Of a stretch of 64,000 nt of DNA, positions 19,042 through 30,605 are shown one piece after another. This DNA comes from Candidatus Latescibacterota bacterium (GTDB lineage: Bacteria > Latescibacterota > UBA2968 > UBA8231), in the NCBI GenBank assembly GCA_965221775.1, contig CBDCSU010000006.1, forward strand, positions 288,001-352,000. The letters are read 5' to 3'. The notes beneath the pieces are model-generated. The model ran no database searches and had not been told where the DNA came from. It worked only from the letters and a program-made list of their open reading frames with translations. Positions within the stretch are counted from its first letter, which is position 1, and every line of letters starts with the position of its first letter. A program made the position numbers and the translations under genes.

Positions 19042-20292
19042 ATGCTGAAGAACTACATGAAGATGGCCCTCAAGGTGCTGCTGCGGCGCAAGCTCTTCAC
19101 CTGCATCAGCCTCTTCACCATCAGCTTCACCCTCATGGTGCTGATGGTGGCGGCGTCCTTGTTCGACCACCTCTTCGGCTCTTTCCCCCCGGAGACGCGC
19201 TCGGACCGCACGCTGCTGCTGAGCTCCATGAAAGGGGAACACGCCGAGTCGACGGGCTATCGCCTCCAGGGGCCGAGCTACGCCTTCCTCGAGCGCTACG
19301 TCTACCCCCTGGCCCATGCGGAGAGGGTCGCCGTCTACAGTGCCACCGCCACGGCGACGACCTTCCGCGGGGGCGAGAAGATCGAGTCGCAGCTCAAGTG
19401 CACGGACGGGGCCTTCTGGGAGATCCTCGAGTTCGACTTCCTCGAGGGCCGCCCGTACTCGGAGCAGGAGGTGGAGGAGGGCCGCCGGGTGGCGGTGATC
19501 AACGAGGCGACGCGCCGCGTGTTCTTCGGCGAGGAGCAGGCCGTGGGCCGCTACATCGACCTCAAGGACCTCTCTTTCCGCGTCGTCGGGGTCGTGCCCG
19601 ACGTGCCGGCCTTCCGCCTCGTTCCCTTCGCCGACATCTGGGTGCCCCACAGCGCCTTCGAGTCGGATGCGTACCGGCGGTACGACTCGGTCTTCGGACA
19701 CTTCCAGGCGCTGATCCTGGCGCCGGGCGCGGCGGCGATCCCCCTCATCCAAGAGGAGTTCGCCGACGTGCTCACGCGCGTCGAGTACCCCAATCCCGGC
19801 GAGATCAACCGCCTGAGCGGCGGTCCGACGACGCTGCTGGACATGGTGGCGAACATCGTCTTCACCCTGGGCACGGTGACCGGCCGCGGGCTCATGGTGC
19901 TCGTCGTCGTTCTCGCCCTGCTCTTCATGCTGCTGCCGGTGGTCAGCCTGGTGAACATCAACACCACCCGCATCCTCGAGCGCGCCTCCGAGATCGGCGT
20001 GCGCAAGGCCTTCGGCGGCTCGTCGCTGACCCTGGTGGGGCAGTTCCTGGCGGAGAACGTCATCCTCACGCTCCTGGGCGGGGCCCTGGGACTGGCCCTC
20101 GCCTGGCTGGTCCTGCAGATGCTCGGCGCCGCCGCCATCGTGCAGTACGCCGAGTTCCAGTTGAACCACCGCATCTTCCTCTACGGGCTGACGATGACCC
20201 TGCTCTTCGGTCTCGTCTCCGGCGTCTGGCCGGCGTGGAAGATGTCGCGCCTCCATGTCGTCGACGCCTTCCGAAGGAGGAAGCAGCAATGA
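19042..20292 (+). CDS. ABC permease, MacB/FtsX family (pair 3, subunit A)
   Basis: GGGAGG SD. Contains MLKNYMKMALKVLLRRK, TDGAFWEILEFDFLEG and [13 protein letters not shown]. Confidence 0.9.
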   Translation: MLKNYMKMALKVLLRRKLFTCISLFTISFTLMVLMVAASLFDHLFGSFPPETRSDRTLLLSSMKGEHAESTGYRLQGPSYAFLERYVYPLAHAERVAVYSATATATTFRGGEKIESQLKCTDGAFWEILEFDFLEGRPYSEQEVEEGRRVAVINEATRRVFFGEEQAVGRYIDLKDLSFRVVGVVPDVPAFRLVPFADIWVPHSAFESDAYRRYDSVFGHFQALILAPGAAAIPLIQEEFADVLTRVEYPNPGEINRLSGGPTTLLDMVANIVFTLGTVTGRGLMVLVVVLALLFMLLPVVSLVNINTTRILERASEIGVRKAFGGSSLTLVGQFLAENVILTLLGGALGLALAWLVLQMLGAAAIVQYAEFQLNHRIFLYGLTMTLLFGLVSGVWPAWKMSRLHVVDAFRRRKQQ

Positions 20293-21455
20293 TCCGCCAC
20301 CTGTGCAAGATCGTCTGGAACCGCAAGAGGGCGAACTCGCTGACGGCCCTGCAGATCTTCATCTCCTTCGTGCTGCTCTTCGTCACCCTCTCCCTCGCCC
20401 TGGACAAGGCCGGCAACTACCGGCGGCCCCTGGGGTACTCCTACGAGGACCGATGGGTCGTGGTCTTCCACCCGGACCGGATGATGGAGCCGGAGGGCGG
20501 GGCGGCCCCCGTCAGCCGCGAGCAGGTCTACCTGGCCCTGCGCGGGTTCGACTGGGTCGAGTCGGTCTCCCACGCGGAGTACATGTCCCTTCCCTTCGCC
20601 TTCGGTCTCCAGGCCCAGTTCATGGTCGACGGCCGCTTCGTCTCCAACGGCGCCGTCTCCGACGAGTTCCACCATACCCTCGGGCTCGAGGTGGTGAACG
20701 GAAGGTGGTTCGGCGAGGAGGACGCGGCCCTCGACTGGGAGCCGGTCGTCATCACCCGGCCCCTCGCCGAGGCCCTCTTCGGCGGCGAGGATCCCCTCGG
20801 CCGGCGGATCGAGGAGTGGCAGGGGTTCCACGGGCGGATCGTCGGGGTGGTCTCCGACTACCGCCGCAGCGGCGAGCTGGCCGATCCCGGTTTCTTCGTC
20901 TTCGAGCGCCTGGAGGCGGAGGCGAGGTCCCACTTCCTGGTCAGGGTGCGCCCCGGCACGCCCCTGGAGGCCCAGGAGCAGATCGACCGGCGACTGCGGG
21001 CGATGGCGCCGGGCCACGGCGTCGAGATCACCCCCCTGGCGGAGCACCGCGCCGCGGCCTTCAAGCTGACCCTGGTACCCCTCTTCGCCCTCGGCGTCGT
21101 CTCGGCCCTGGTCCTGGGCATGGTGGCCCTGTCGTTGAGCGGCGTCTTGTGGCAGCGGGCCATGCTGAGGGTCGAGGAGATCGGCCTGAGGAGGGCCCTG
21201 GGCGGGTCGGCGGTCGGTATCTTCGGGCAGCTGACGGGGGAGATATTGTTGGTGGCCAGCGTCGGCGTCCTCGCCGCCGTGGTGCTGATCGTGCAGCTGC
21301 CGCTGCTCGATCTGCTCGACTACGGCGCCGGCGTCTTCATCCTCAGCCTGGCTCTCGCGGCCCTGGTGGTCTACGGGCTCGTGGTCGTCTGCAGTCTCTA
21401 CCCGGGGCGCCTGGCCTGCCGCGTGCGGCCGGCCGAGGCCCTGCACTCCGAATGA
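20289..21455 (+). CDS. ABC permease, FtsX-like (pair 3, subunit B)
   Basis: ATGA overlap. Contains MIRHLCKIVWNRKRAN, PLGYSYEDRW, EIGLRRALG and YPGRLACRVRPAEALHSE. Confidence 0.9.
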   Translation: MIRHLCKIVWNRKRANSLTALQIFISFVLLFVTLSLALDKAGNYRRPLGYSYEDRWVVVFHPDRMMEPEGGAAPVSREQVYLALRGFDWVESVSHAEYMSLPFAFGLQAQFMVDGRFVSNGAVSDEFHHTLGLEVVNGRWFGEEDAALDWEPVVITRPLAEALFGGEDPLGRRIEEWQGFHGRIVGVVSDYRRSGELADPGFFVFERLEAEARSHFLVRVRPGTPLEAQEQIDRRLRAMAPGHGVEITPLAEHRAAAFKLTLVPLFALGVVSALVLGMVALSLSGVLWQRAMLRVEEIGLRRALGGSAVGIFGQLTGEILLVASVGVLAAVVLIVQLPLLDLLDYGAGVFILSLALAALVVYGLVVVCSLYPGRLACRVRPAEALHSE

Positions 21456-21466
21456 GAGGAAGAGCG

Positions 21467-22845
<1,379 letters not shown>

Positions 22846-22849
<4 letters not shown>

Positions 22850-24144
22850 GCCTGCGCCTCAAGCTCGTCCTCTACCTGCTCGGCATCCACCTCGTCTTCG
22901 CCGGGGCCTCCGGGTACCTGCTGATCGACGAGAAGCCCTGGCTGCTGGCCCTGGAGCTGTTCTTCCTGCTCTCCTTCCTCGCCGGCGCCCGCCTGGTCCA
23001 CCATCTGCGCGTGCCCCTCGACCTGATCGGCACCGGCGCCGAGCTGATCGGCGAGCGCGACTTCACCAGCAAGTTCATCGAGGTGGGCCAGCCGGAGATG
23101 GACCGCCTCGTGGGGGTCTACAACCGCATGATCGACCAGCTGCGAGAGGAGCGCACGCGGCTGGAGGAGCAGCACTACTTCATGGACAAGATCCTCGCCG
23201 CGTCGCCGTCGGGGATCGTCACCCTCGACTTCGACGGCCGCATCGCCCTGGCCAACCCCGCCGCCGAGCGCCTTCTGGGGCTGGCCGGGGACGAGGCTTC
23301 CGGCCGCGGGCTCGGCGAGCTGGGCACGGCCTTCGGCCGCTCCCTGGAGGATCTCGAGGTGGGCGGGTCCGAGGTGCTGCCCCTGCAGGGGCGGCGGGTG
23401 CGCTGCCGCAAGGCGCAGTTCCTCGACCAGGGATTCCCCCGCGGCTTCCTCCTCATGGAGGAGCTCACCGAGGAGCTGCGCCTCTCGGAGAAGGCGGCGT
23501 ACGAGAAGGTGATCCGGCTGCTGTCGCACGAGGTGAACAACTCCACGGGGGCGGTGAACTCGCTGCTCCACTCCTGCCTCCACTACAAGGACCAGCTGCG
23601 CGAGGACGACCGCGGCGACTTCGAGAACGCCCTGCGGGTGGCCAGCGGCCGCATCGACCACCTCAGCGCCTTCATGCGCAGCTACGCCGAGGTGGTGCGG
23701 CTGCCGGCGCCGCGCCCGCGGCCGGTCGACCTGGAGGCCCTGCTGCGCGGCATCGGTCTGCTCATGCGCGCCGAGTGCGAGGAGCGCGGGATCGAATGGG
23801 ACTGGGACGTGCAGGAGGCCCTGGCGCCCGTCGCCATGGACGAGGGCCAGATGGAGCAGGTCTTCGTCAACATCCTGAAGAACGCCGTGGAGGCGATCGG
23901 CGAGGACGGCCGCATCACCATCCGCCTGGGGGCCGGGGAGCGGCCCTTCGCCGCGATCGAGGACACGGGGCCGGGGATCGACCCGGAGGTGGCCGAGAGC
24001 CTCTTCACCCCCTTCTTCAGCACCAAGGAGAACCGCCGCGGCCTCGGCCTGACCCTGGTGCAGGAGATCCTGGGCCGCCACGGCTTCGCCTTCTCCCTGG
24101 AGAGCCCGGCGGGCGGGCCGACCCGGTTCGCCATCCGGTTCTGA
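22846..24144 (+). CDS. Sensor histidine kinase (2 TM, PAS, HisKA, HATPase)
   Basis: TTG overlaps the regulator stop. Contains SHEVNN H-box, NILKNAVEA, EDTGPGI, LFTPFFSTK and GLGL. Confidence 0.92.
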
Positions 24145-26618
24145 TGGGCCCGGTGACGAGGGGACTGGCGGTCCTCGCCGTCCTGTGGATGGTTGCTCCC
24201 GCCCACGGTCAGCCCTGGTGGGTGCAGGGCACCGTCGTCGACGCGGCCACGGGGGAACCCCTGCCGGCGGCGACGGTGCGGCTGGCCGGCGCCTACCGCG
24301 GCACCATCGCCAACGACGAGGGCGAGTACCGCATCGAGGTGCGGAGGTGGCCGGCGGCCCTGAGGGCGAGCCACATCGGCTACGCCTCCCGCGACAGCCT
24401 CCTCACCGCCCCGACGGGACGCGTCGACCTCGTCCTGACACCGGCGCCCTACCCCCTCGAAGCCCTGGTAGTGACCCCCGGAGACCCGGCGGAGCGCATC
24501 ATGGCCCGGGTGATCCGCAACAAGCAGGCCTGGCGGCCCCTGCTGGCCGGCTACCGCGCCCGCGCCTACACCCGCCGGATCCTGGAGAACGACGACGGCA
24601 TCGTCTCCATCGGCGAGACCGCCTCGGAGATCTTCCGGGACCGGGACCGCGGCCTTCGCGAGGTGGTCAAGTCCCGGCGCACGACGCGCAACCTGGAGCC
24701 CGGGGACGGGTTCGTCTCCACCCTCGAGGGATTCGTCGACTTCCACGACGACGACATCCCCATGCTCGGGCAGAGCCTGATCGGCCCGACCCACCCGGAA
24801 GCCCTCGAGCACTACCGGTTCCGCCTGATGGGGCGGCGCTACCTGGACGACCGGGTGGTCTTCGACATCTCCGTCGAGCCGAAGAGCCGGCTGGCCACCG
24901 CCTTCGTTGGCCGGGTCTCGGTCCTCGACGAGGCCTTCGCCCTCCTGGAGGTGGAGCTGGCGCCGAGCCGCGCCGCCGTGGCCTCCGCCGTGCCCCTGCC
25001 CGTGGTGGAACACCTGGACCTCACCTGGCGCCAGCAGTTCCGCGGCTTCGGCGAGGTCTGGCTGCCGGTGGACTACCGGTTCACGCTGGAGGCGGAGATC
25101 GGCATCGTGGGGCTGCGCTTCCCCGCCGCCCGGTTCACCTCCCTGACGCGGCTCGACGACTACGAGGTCAACGCCGGCCTGCCCGACTCGCTCTACGCCG
25201 GGGAGCAGGTACTGCGCGTCGATACCGTGGCCGTGGCCCGGGACAGCACCTTCGCCGGACTGGCGGACAAGGTGCCCCTCTCCGAGAGGGAGCGGGAGGC
25301 CTATGCCGCCATCGACAGCACCTTCCGGCTCGAACGGGCCTTCCGGCCCACCGGCTTTCTCGCGCGCCTGCTGGTCGACACGGGGGAGGAGGGAGGCGAG
25401 GAGACCGTCGACGTCAAGCCGTCCGGCGAGGGGGCGGTCCGGCGGCGAGGACTCGGGATCGACTGGAAGCCCGACCTGGGCCATGACCGCGTCGGTGGAG
25501 CGCACCTGGGCCTGGAGGGGAACCGCAGTTGGCAGGCCCCCCGGCGGCAGGAGGCGGCGCCGGGTACGACCGTGGTCCGGAGCCCTGGTCCCGGCGGGGC
25601 GGGTCTCGCCGGCGTCGAGGCGGGAGGAGGAGGCGCCTACGACCTGGGCCTGAAGCGCTGGTCCTGGCGCGGCCGGGCGGCCTGGGGATGGGAGATGGCG
25701 GCGACCCGTTGGCAGGTGGACCTGGAGTACGGCAGCGGCAAGGTGCCGCGCATCCCTTCGGACAGCTACACCCTGCTGATCAACAGCGCCCAGTCGCTGC
25801 TGGGCCTGGACGACTACTTCGACTGGCACTGGCGCGAGGGGCTGCGGTCCCGCCTGCGGCTGTGGCTGCCGCGCCGCACCGCCCTGGAGGTGGCCCTCCG
25901 GGACGAGGACCACTCCTCCCTGGCGGAGACGACCCGCTTCAATCTCCTGGGGCGCGACTGGCAGCCGCGGCCGAACCCCGCCGTCGAGGAGGGCCGGCTG
26001 CGCTCGCTGGAGGCCCGCTTCGAACGGGGCGGTCCCTACCGTCCCTTCGGGATCCGGGCCAACCGCCGCGCCGAGGTGAAGGTGGAGCACGCCGGCCTGC
26101 TGGGGGGCGATTTCTCCTTCACCCGCCTGCACCTGGCCCTTGACGGCCAGTTCCGGACCTTCCTCCGGCGCCGCTGGCGGCCCAACACCCTCGATCTGCG
26201 GCTGGTGGCGGGCTACGCCTTCGGCCGGCTGCCCCCGCAGCGCTTCGGCGCCCTGGAGGCGGGTCTGCTGCCGTTCTCCCCCTTCGGCGCCTTCCGCAGC
26301 GTGAGCGGCCATCCCCACGAGGGCGAGCACTACGCCGCCCTCTACTGGGAGCACGACTTCCGCAGCGCCCCCTTCGAGCTGCTGGGGTTGTGGGGTTTGG
26401 CCATGCGCGGGGCGGGGCTGGTGGTGCACGGCGCCTCGGGCCGCACCTGGATCGACGCCGAACGGCGGGCCGGCCTGGGCTACGAGCCGCGCTACCAGGA
26501 CGGCTTCCGCCACGAGGCCGGGGTGTCGCTGGTGCTCTTCCACCTGCTGCGCCTCGACCTCACCCGGCGGCTGGACGGCGCCGGCTGGAGCGCGGGGGCG
26601 AGCCTGGCGCGCTGGTGA
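24144..26618 (+). CDS. Carboxypeptidase-regulatory-like domain / DUF5686-type outer-membrane protein
   Basis: Signal peptide, GTVVDAATGEPLPAATV...GTIANDEGEY...SHIGY domain, HYRFRL, WLPVD, aromatic beta-rich C-terminus ending in W. TGATG overlap with the kinase. Confidence 0.75.
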   Translation: MGPVTRGLAVLAVLWMVAPAHGQPWWVQGTVVDAATGEPLPAATVRLAGAYRGTIANDEGEYRIEVRRWPAALRASHIGYASRDSLLTAPTGRVDLVLTPAPYPLEALVVTPGDPAERIMARVIRNKQAWRPLLAGYRARAYTRRILENDDGIVSIGETASEIFRDRDRGLREVVKSRRTTRNLEPGDGFVSTLEGFVDFHDDDIPMLGQSLIGPTHPEALEHYRFRLMGRRYLDDRVVFDISVEPKSRLATAFVGRVSVLDEAFALLEVELAPSRAAVASAVPLPVVEHLDLTWRQQFRGFGEVWLPVDYRFTLEAEIGIVGLRFPAARFTSLTRLDDYEVNAGLPDSLYAGEQVLRVDTVAVARDSTFAGLADKVPLSEREREAYAAIDSTFRLERAFRPTGFLARLLVDTGEEGGEETVDVKPSGEGAVRRRGLGIDWKPDLGHDRVGGAHLGLEGNRSWQAPRRQEAAPGTTVVRSPGPGGAGLAGVEAGGGGAYDLGLKRWSWRGRAAWGWEMAATRWQVDLEYGSGKVPRIPSDSYTLLINSAQSLLGLDDYFDWHWREGLRSRLRLWLPRRTALEVALRDEDHSSLAETTRFNLLGRDWQPRPNPAVEEGRLRSLEARFERGGPYRPFGIRANRRAEVKVEHAGLLGGDFSFTRLHLALDGQFRTFLRRRWRPNTLDLRLVAGYAFGRLPPQRFGALEAGLLPFSPFGAFRSVSGHPHEGEHYAALYWEHDFRSAPFELLGLWGLAMRGAGLVVHGASGRTWIDAERRAGLGYEPRYQDGFRHEAGVSLVLFHLLRLDLTRRLDGAGWSAGASLARW

Positions 26619-26670
26619 TTCGGTGACCTCGGGGAGCTGACCGCCGCCGGCAGAGTGCCGGACGGAGCTG

Positions 26671-27963
26671 TCAGCCGGCGGCGGTGAGGCGGCTCACGTC
26701 GACGATGTAGAGCTGGCGGTGGCCCTCGTGGGCCGAGTCGATGCAGACCTGGGTGCCGTCGCGGTTCCAGCGCGGGTGCAGGTCGCAGCGGATCTCGCCG
26801 GTGATGGCGGGCGGCGAGTGGAAGCGCCCCACGTCCAGGCGGCGGTCCCCGGCCAGGTCGTAGAGGATCAGGGTGCGCGTGGTCCCGCCCCGGGGATAGG
26901 TGTCGGTGAGCAGCCAGCGGCCGTCGGGCGAGTAGCTGCAGTGGCCGTCCTCGGTGAGCTGGCCCTCGCCCACCACCTCCACCTGGTGCAGGGCGCGGTC
27001 CCGGAAGAGGAGGTAGCGCTGGCCGATGCCTTCCTGGAAGGCCCAGGCCAGGATGTGGTCCGGGTCGCGCCAGTCGAAGTGGGAGACCGCGCCCTGGGAG
27101 GCGACGATGGCCAGCTCGCCGCCGTCGGGCCGCGCCGTGATCATGCGGTGGTGCCGGGGCGCGTCGGGGCTCGTCTGCCAGCGGTGGAGGAAGACGAAGC
27201 GGCGGTCGTCGGGCGAGAACTGCAGGTGGTTGAAGCGGTGCACGGCGCCGTCGAAGCCGGGTCCGCGCTCGATGGCGGCGACCTGCGCCAGGGAGAGGAT
27301 CAGGCGGTTCGCGCCGGTCTCGACGTCGAGCCACCAGATGCCGTCGTCCTCCGGCTCCGGCACGTCCCGCCCGGGGTCGGGCACCCCGGGGTATCCGTAG
27401 CCGGGGCGCTGGTGCTGCAGGCGCGAGAAGTTCAGGGTCACCGCCTGGCGGCCATCGCGGCTCAGGGCGTAGACCGGCCGCGGCAGGGTGCGCACCACCG
27501 CCCCGGTCGACGAGTCCCGCACGACGGAGACGAAGCGGGCCTCGCCGTCCGGGATGTCCTCCCAGCCGCGCTCGCTGGGCCGCTGCGGCTCCTCGCCGGG
27601 GTCCAGGCGGTCGTTGTGGATGATCCAGGGGGTCGCCGGCGCCGGGCCGCGGTCGGCCACATGTCCGCTGGCATGGGGCGACGGCAACCAGTGGAGCATG
27701 GAACTCTGCTGCCAGCACCAGGCGCGGGTCCGGCCGAGGGCGCGGAACCCGCCGCCCTCGAGGTCGACGACGCCCACGGCGGCGCTGTCGGCGGCGGTGG
27801 GAGGCCGCGCCAGGAACTCCGTCTCGAGGCAGAGGAGGCGGAGGCCGCCGCCGTCCCAGCAGGACTTGTCGTAGTAGCCGAAGAAGTGATGCCGGGGACC
27901 GCGCGTCACCGCGCGCACCGGGAGGTCCGACTCCCAGCGGCGCTGGAGGGGCGCGGGGCTCAT
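26671..27963 (-). CDS. Beta-propeller protein, oligogalacturonate lyase/TolB-like
   Basis: HHFFGYYDK, AWCWQQ, FNHLQFSPD..F.FLHRW, DGHCSYSPDG..LLTDTYP and RCDLHPRW motifs. Confidence 0.7.
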   Translation of the reverse strand: MSPAPLQRRWESDLPVRAVTRGPRHHFFGYYDKSCWDGGGLRLLCLETEFLARPPTAADSAAVGVVDLEGGGFRALGRTRAWCWQQSSMLHWLPSPHASGHVADRGPAPATPWIIHNDRLDPGEEPQRPSERGWEDIPDGEARFVSVVRDSSTGAVVRTLPRPVYALSRDGRQAVTLNFSRLQHQRPGYGYPGVPDPGRDVPEPEDDGIWWLDVETGANRLILSLAQVAAIERGPGFDGAVHRFNHLQFSPDDRRFVFLHRWQTSPDAPRHHRMITARPDGGELAIVASQGAVSHFDWRDPDHILAWAFQEGIGQRYLLFRDRALHQVEVVGEGQLTEDGHCSYSPDGRWLLTDTYPRGGTTRTLILYDLAGDRRLDVGRFHSPPAITGEIRCDLHPRWNRDGTQVCIDSAHEGHRQLYIVDVSRLTAAG

Positions 27964-27973
27964 CGGCGCCGAA

Positions 27974-28237
27974 TCAGTTGGCGCCCGGCGTCTCGCTCTC
28001 GAGGTGCCTTGCGTCCAGGGTCTTGAGGTAGTCCTGGAGGGCCCGGCCGTCGGCGGGCAGATCGAGAACGTCGGAGAAGGGCCACATGTCCCCCTGCAGG
28101 AACTCGACGGCGCTCTCCTGGTCCTGCGAGGTCGGCGCGGCGGACATGTCCTTGATGGCCTGGAGGATGACGGCGGCGGCCAGCCGACGATGTCCGTCGA
28201 ACTGGGCCCGATATGCGGACTTGCGTTGCTTGGCCAT
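27974..28237 (-). CDS. Small hypothetical protein (87 aa)
   Basis: Host-like codon usage and a helical RRLAAAVILQAIKD...AVEFL..DMWPFS motif. An AT-rich promoter-like region lies upstream. Confidence 0.7.
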   Translation of the reverse strand: MAKQRKSAYRAQFDGHRRLAAAVILQAIKDMSAAPTSQDQESAVEFLQGDMWPFSDVLDLPADGRALQDYLKTLDARHLESETPGAN

Positions 28238-28337
28238 GGTTCGTCACAACGACGGTCGGGTTTTTGGGAAACGTTCTAATATAGTTGATTATTGGACGTT
28301 CCGACAGAGAAATGGATCCCGGGTAGTGCCAGTGAAT

Positions 28338-29171
28338 TCAGGGCCGCAAGGTGGCCTTGATGCGGGCCCAGGTGGTGGACTCGACGGCCCTGGGCGATCC
28401 CGTCAGGACGCCGTGAGCTTTTCTGTCAAAGCCGGATGGTTCTTCCACGTCTTCCAGATAGAACTGACCGCTCCCTACATCGTCGTGGTCGAAATCAAAA
28501 ACACCCACTGTGAACCCTATGGTGTCGCCGGGTTGGAACGTGGAGGTTTCGCTTCCGTCGGGGTCGGAATCGAGCAAGAGATCGAAGGCCGTGACGTAGA
28601 ACTCGACGGTCCACGAAACGGTTTCACCCTCCAGGACAGATGCCGTTCCAAGTGCGTAGGGAGGCTCGACGGCCCAGTAACCGTCTTCGTCCCAGTAAGC
28701 TCCGACGAACGGAAGCCTTAGCCGGCCCCAATCCGGGTAGATGATGACGTCGTAATACTGGTCGAAGGACTCATCCAGGGGGTCACCGTGATACCCGGAA
28801 TGGTCTCCGTCCACGATCAGGGCGACCTGATCGGCTATCCCGTCCGAGTTTCGGTACACGTCATCCGTCGCCTCGATGGCGACGTACACCTTGCCATCAT
28901 CGGACCACGCCACCCAGGAGCGGAAATCCAGGTTCGCGGGATCGTATGTTACCGGCGGATTGAATTCGCCCGACGGTTCGGCGTGCCAGTGCATATCGAA
29001 GTCGAGCCGCGTCGCGGTGGGTTCCCCGAACAGGTCCTTCCAGTCAGCCAGATCACCATCCATAGTCAGCTGGTCCGCGGATACGTAGGGGATGGAGAAT
29101 ACTCGGTCTGTCACGTGCGCGCTGGCCTGGGTTGACAGGATTGCCAGCACCAGCACCAGGACGATCGCCAT
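28338..29171 (-). CDS. Secreted CBM9-like sugar-binding protein with C-terminal 'AVExTTWxxIK' motif
   Basis: GGAGG SD, signal peptide, MDGDLADW, VYVAIEATDD, DGDHSG, WTVEFYVTAFD and IGFTVGVFDFD. Confidence 0.7.
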   Translation of the reverse strand: MAIVLVLVLAILSTQASAHVTDRVFSIPYVSADQLTMDGDLADWKDLFGEPTATRLDFDMHWHAEPSGEFNPPVTYDPANLDFRSWVAWSDDGKVYVAIEATDDVYRNSDGIADQVALIVDGDHSGYHGDPLDESFDQYYDVIIYPDWGRLRLPFVGAYWDEDGYWAVEPPYALGTASVLEGETVSWTVEFYVTAFDLLLDSDPDGSETSTFQPGDTIGFTVGVFDFDHDDVGSGQFYLEDVEEPSGFDRKAHGVLTGSPRAVESTTWARIKATLRP

Positions 29172-29333
29172 GGGTCCCTCCTGTCAAACAGCTCGACCGC
29201 ATCGGCCGGATGACAAGTGCTCTTCAGACGCTTCGACGCCTGATACCGCTCCGAAGTTTCCTGCCCTGCGTTGGACCCGGCGGCTGAAGCAAAGATCCGT
29301 CGCACGCCTCGAAGACGCCTCCCGCCCCCGGCC

Positions 29334-30596
29334 TCAGACGAAGAGGCCCACCACGCATCCCGTGAGCATCGTGGCCAGGGTCCCGGCGGCGATCGACCGC
29401 AGTCCCAGCCGGGCCAGGTCCCCCCGGCGCTCCGGGGCGATGCTGCCGATGCCGCCGATCATGATCGCCACCGACCCGAAGTTGGCGAAGCCGCACATGG
29501 CGTACACGGCGATGAGGAAGGCGCGGTCGCTCAGGCCGCTCTGGCCGCCGGCCATGCGCGTCGACAGCTCCACGTAGGCGACGAACTCGTTGAGGACCGT
29601 CTTGATGCCCATGAGCTGGCCGATGACGGCCGCCTCCGACCACGACACCCCCATGAGCCAGCACGGCAGGCGCAGCACCCAGCCGCTGGCCGCCTGCAGG
29701 CTCCAGGCCGCCCCCGCTTCTCCGGCGACCATCCTCCCCGTCCAGCCGACGGCGAGGTTGACCAGGGCCACGAGCCCGATGAAGGCGATCAGCATGGCCA
29801 GGATGTTGAGGAACAACTGCATCCCCTCGGAGGCTCCGCGCGCCGCCGCGTCCAGCCCGTTGAGGGTGTCCTCCTTCTCCAGCTCGATGCCGCCGACGGC
29901 GGTGACGGGCGCCTCCGTCTCCGGGTACATCAGCTTGGCCACGGCCACCGCCGCCGGGGCGCTGATCAGGGACGCGGTGAACAGGTGGCCGGCGATCTCC
30001 GGATGGGCGCCCGCCAGCATGCTCGCATAGACGACCATCACCGTGCCGGCGATCGTCGCCATGCCGGCGGTCATCAGGCAGAACAGCTCGCTTTGCGTCA
30101 GGCGCGCCACGTACGGACGGATCAGCAGCGGCGCCTCGGTCATCCCGAGGATGATGTTGGCGGTCACCGAGACGCTCTCGGCGGCGGTGATCCCGAAGAG
30201 GCGCTGCATGAAGCGGCTGAGCTGGCCGATCGCCCAGGGCAGGACCCCGTAGTGGTAGAGGACCCTGGAGAGGGAGGCGACGAAGATGATGATGGCGGCG
30301 ATCTCCAGGGCCAGGACCGGACCGTAGGCGCGCACGAACTCGGAGCCGCTGACGCCGGAGAACAGGAGCGACTCGTTGGCCCTCAGCGCCGTCACCTTGA
30401 GCACTTCGGTCAGGGCACCGATGACGCCGAAGACGTGGCCGCGCAGGCCGCTGAGGAGGAGCACCGCCGCCAGCACGAGCTGCAGGCCGGTGGCGGCCAG
30501 GAGCGTGCGCCAGGGCGGGGGTCCCGACCGGGTGCCCGCGGCCCAGGCGAGCCCCAGGAGGACCGCGTAACCGAAGGCGCCGTGAAGGATATCCAT
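29334..30596 (-). CDS. Concentrative nucleoside transporter (CNT/NupC family)
   Basis: AES....NIILGMTEAPL.IRPY, GMATIAGTV, MLIAFIGLVALVN, KTVLNEFVAY and CGFANFGS motifs. Confidence 0.93.
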   Translation of the reverse strand: MDILHGAFGYAVLLGLAWAAGTRSGPPPWRTLLAATGLQLVLAAVLLLSGLRGHVFGVIGALTEVLKVTALRANESLLFSGVSGSEFVRAYGPVLALEIAAIIIFVASLSRVLYHYGVLPWAIGQLSRFMQRLFGITAAESVSVTANIILGMTEAPLLIRPYVARLTQSELFCLMTAGMATIAGTVMVVYASMLAGAHPEIAGHLFTASLISAPAAVAVAKLMYPETEAPVTAVGGIELEKEDTLNGLDAAARGASEGMQLFLNILAMLIAFIGLVALVNLAVGWTGRMVAGEAGAAWSLQAASGWVLRLPCWLMGVSWSEAAVIGQLMGIKTVLNEFVAYVELSTRMAGGQSGLSDRAFLIAVYAMCGFANFGSVAIMIGGIGSIAPERRGDLARLGLRSIAAGTLATMLTGCVVGLFV

Positions 30597-30605
30597 GGGT
30601 CTCTC

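Noticed and set aside
13406-21455. Permease paralogy as a diversity-generating retroelement or invertible shufflon
   Set aside because: No reverse transcriptase or recombinase, no adenine-specific TR/VR pair, and all copies are full-length and co-oriented.
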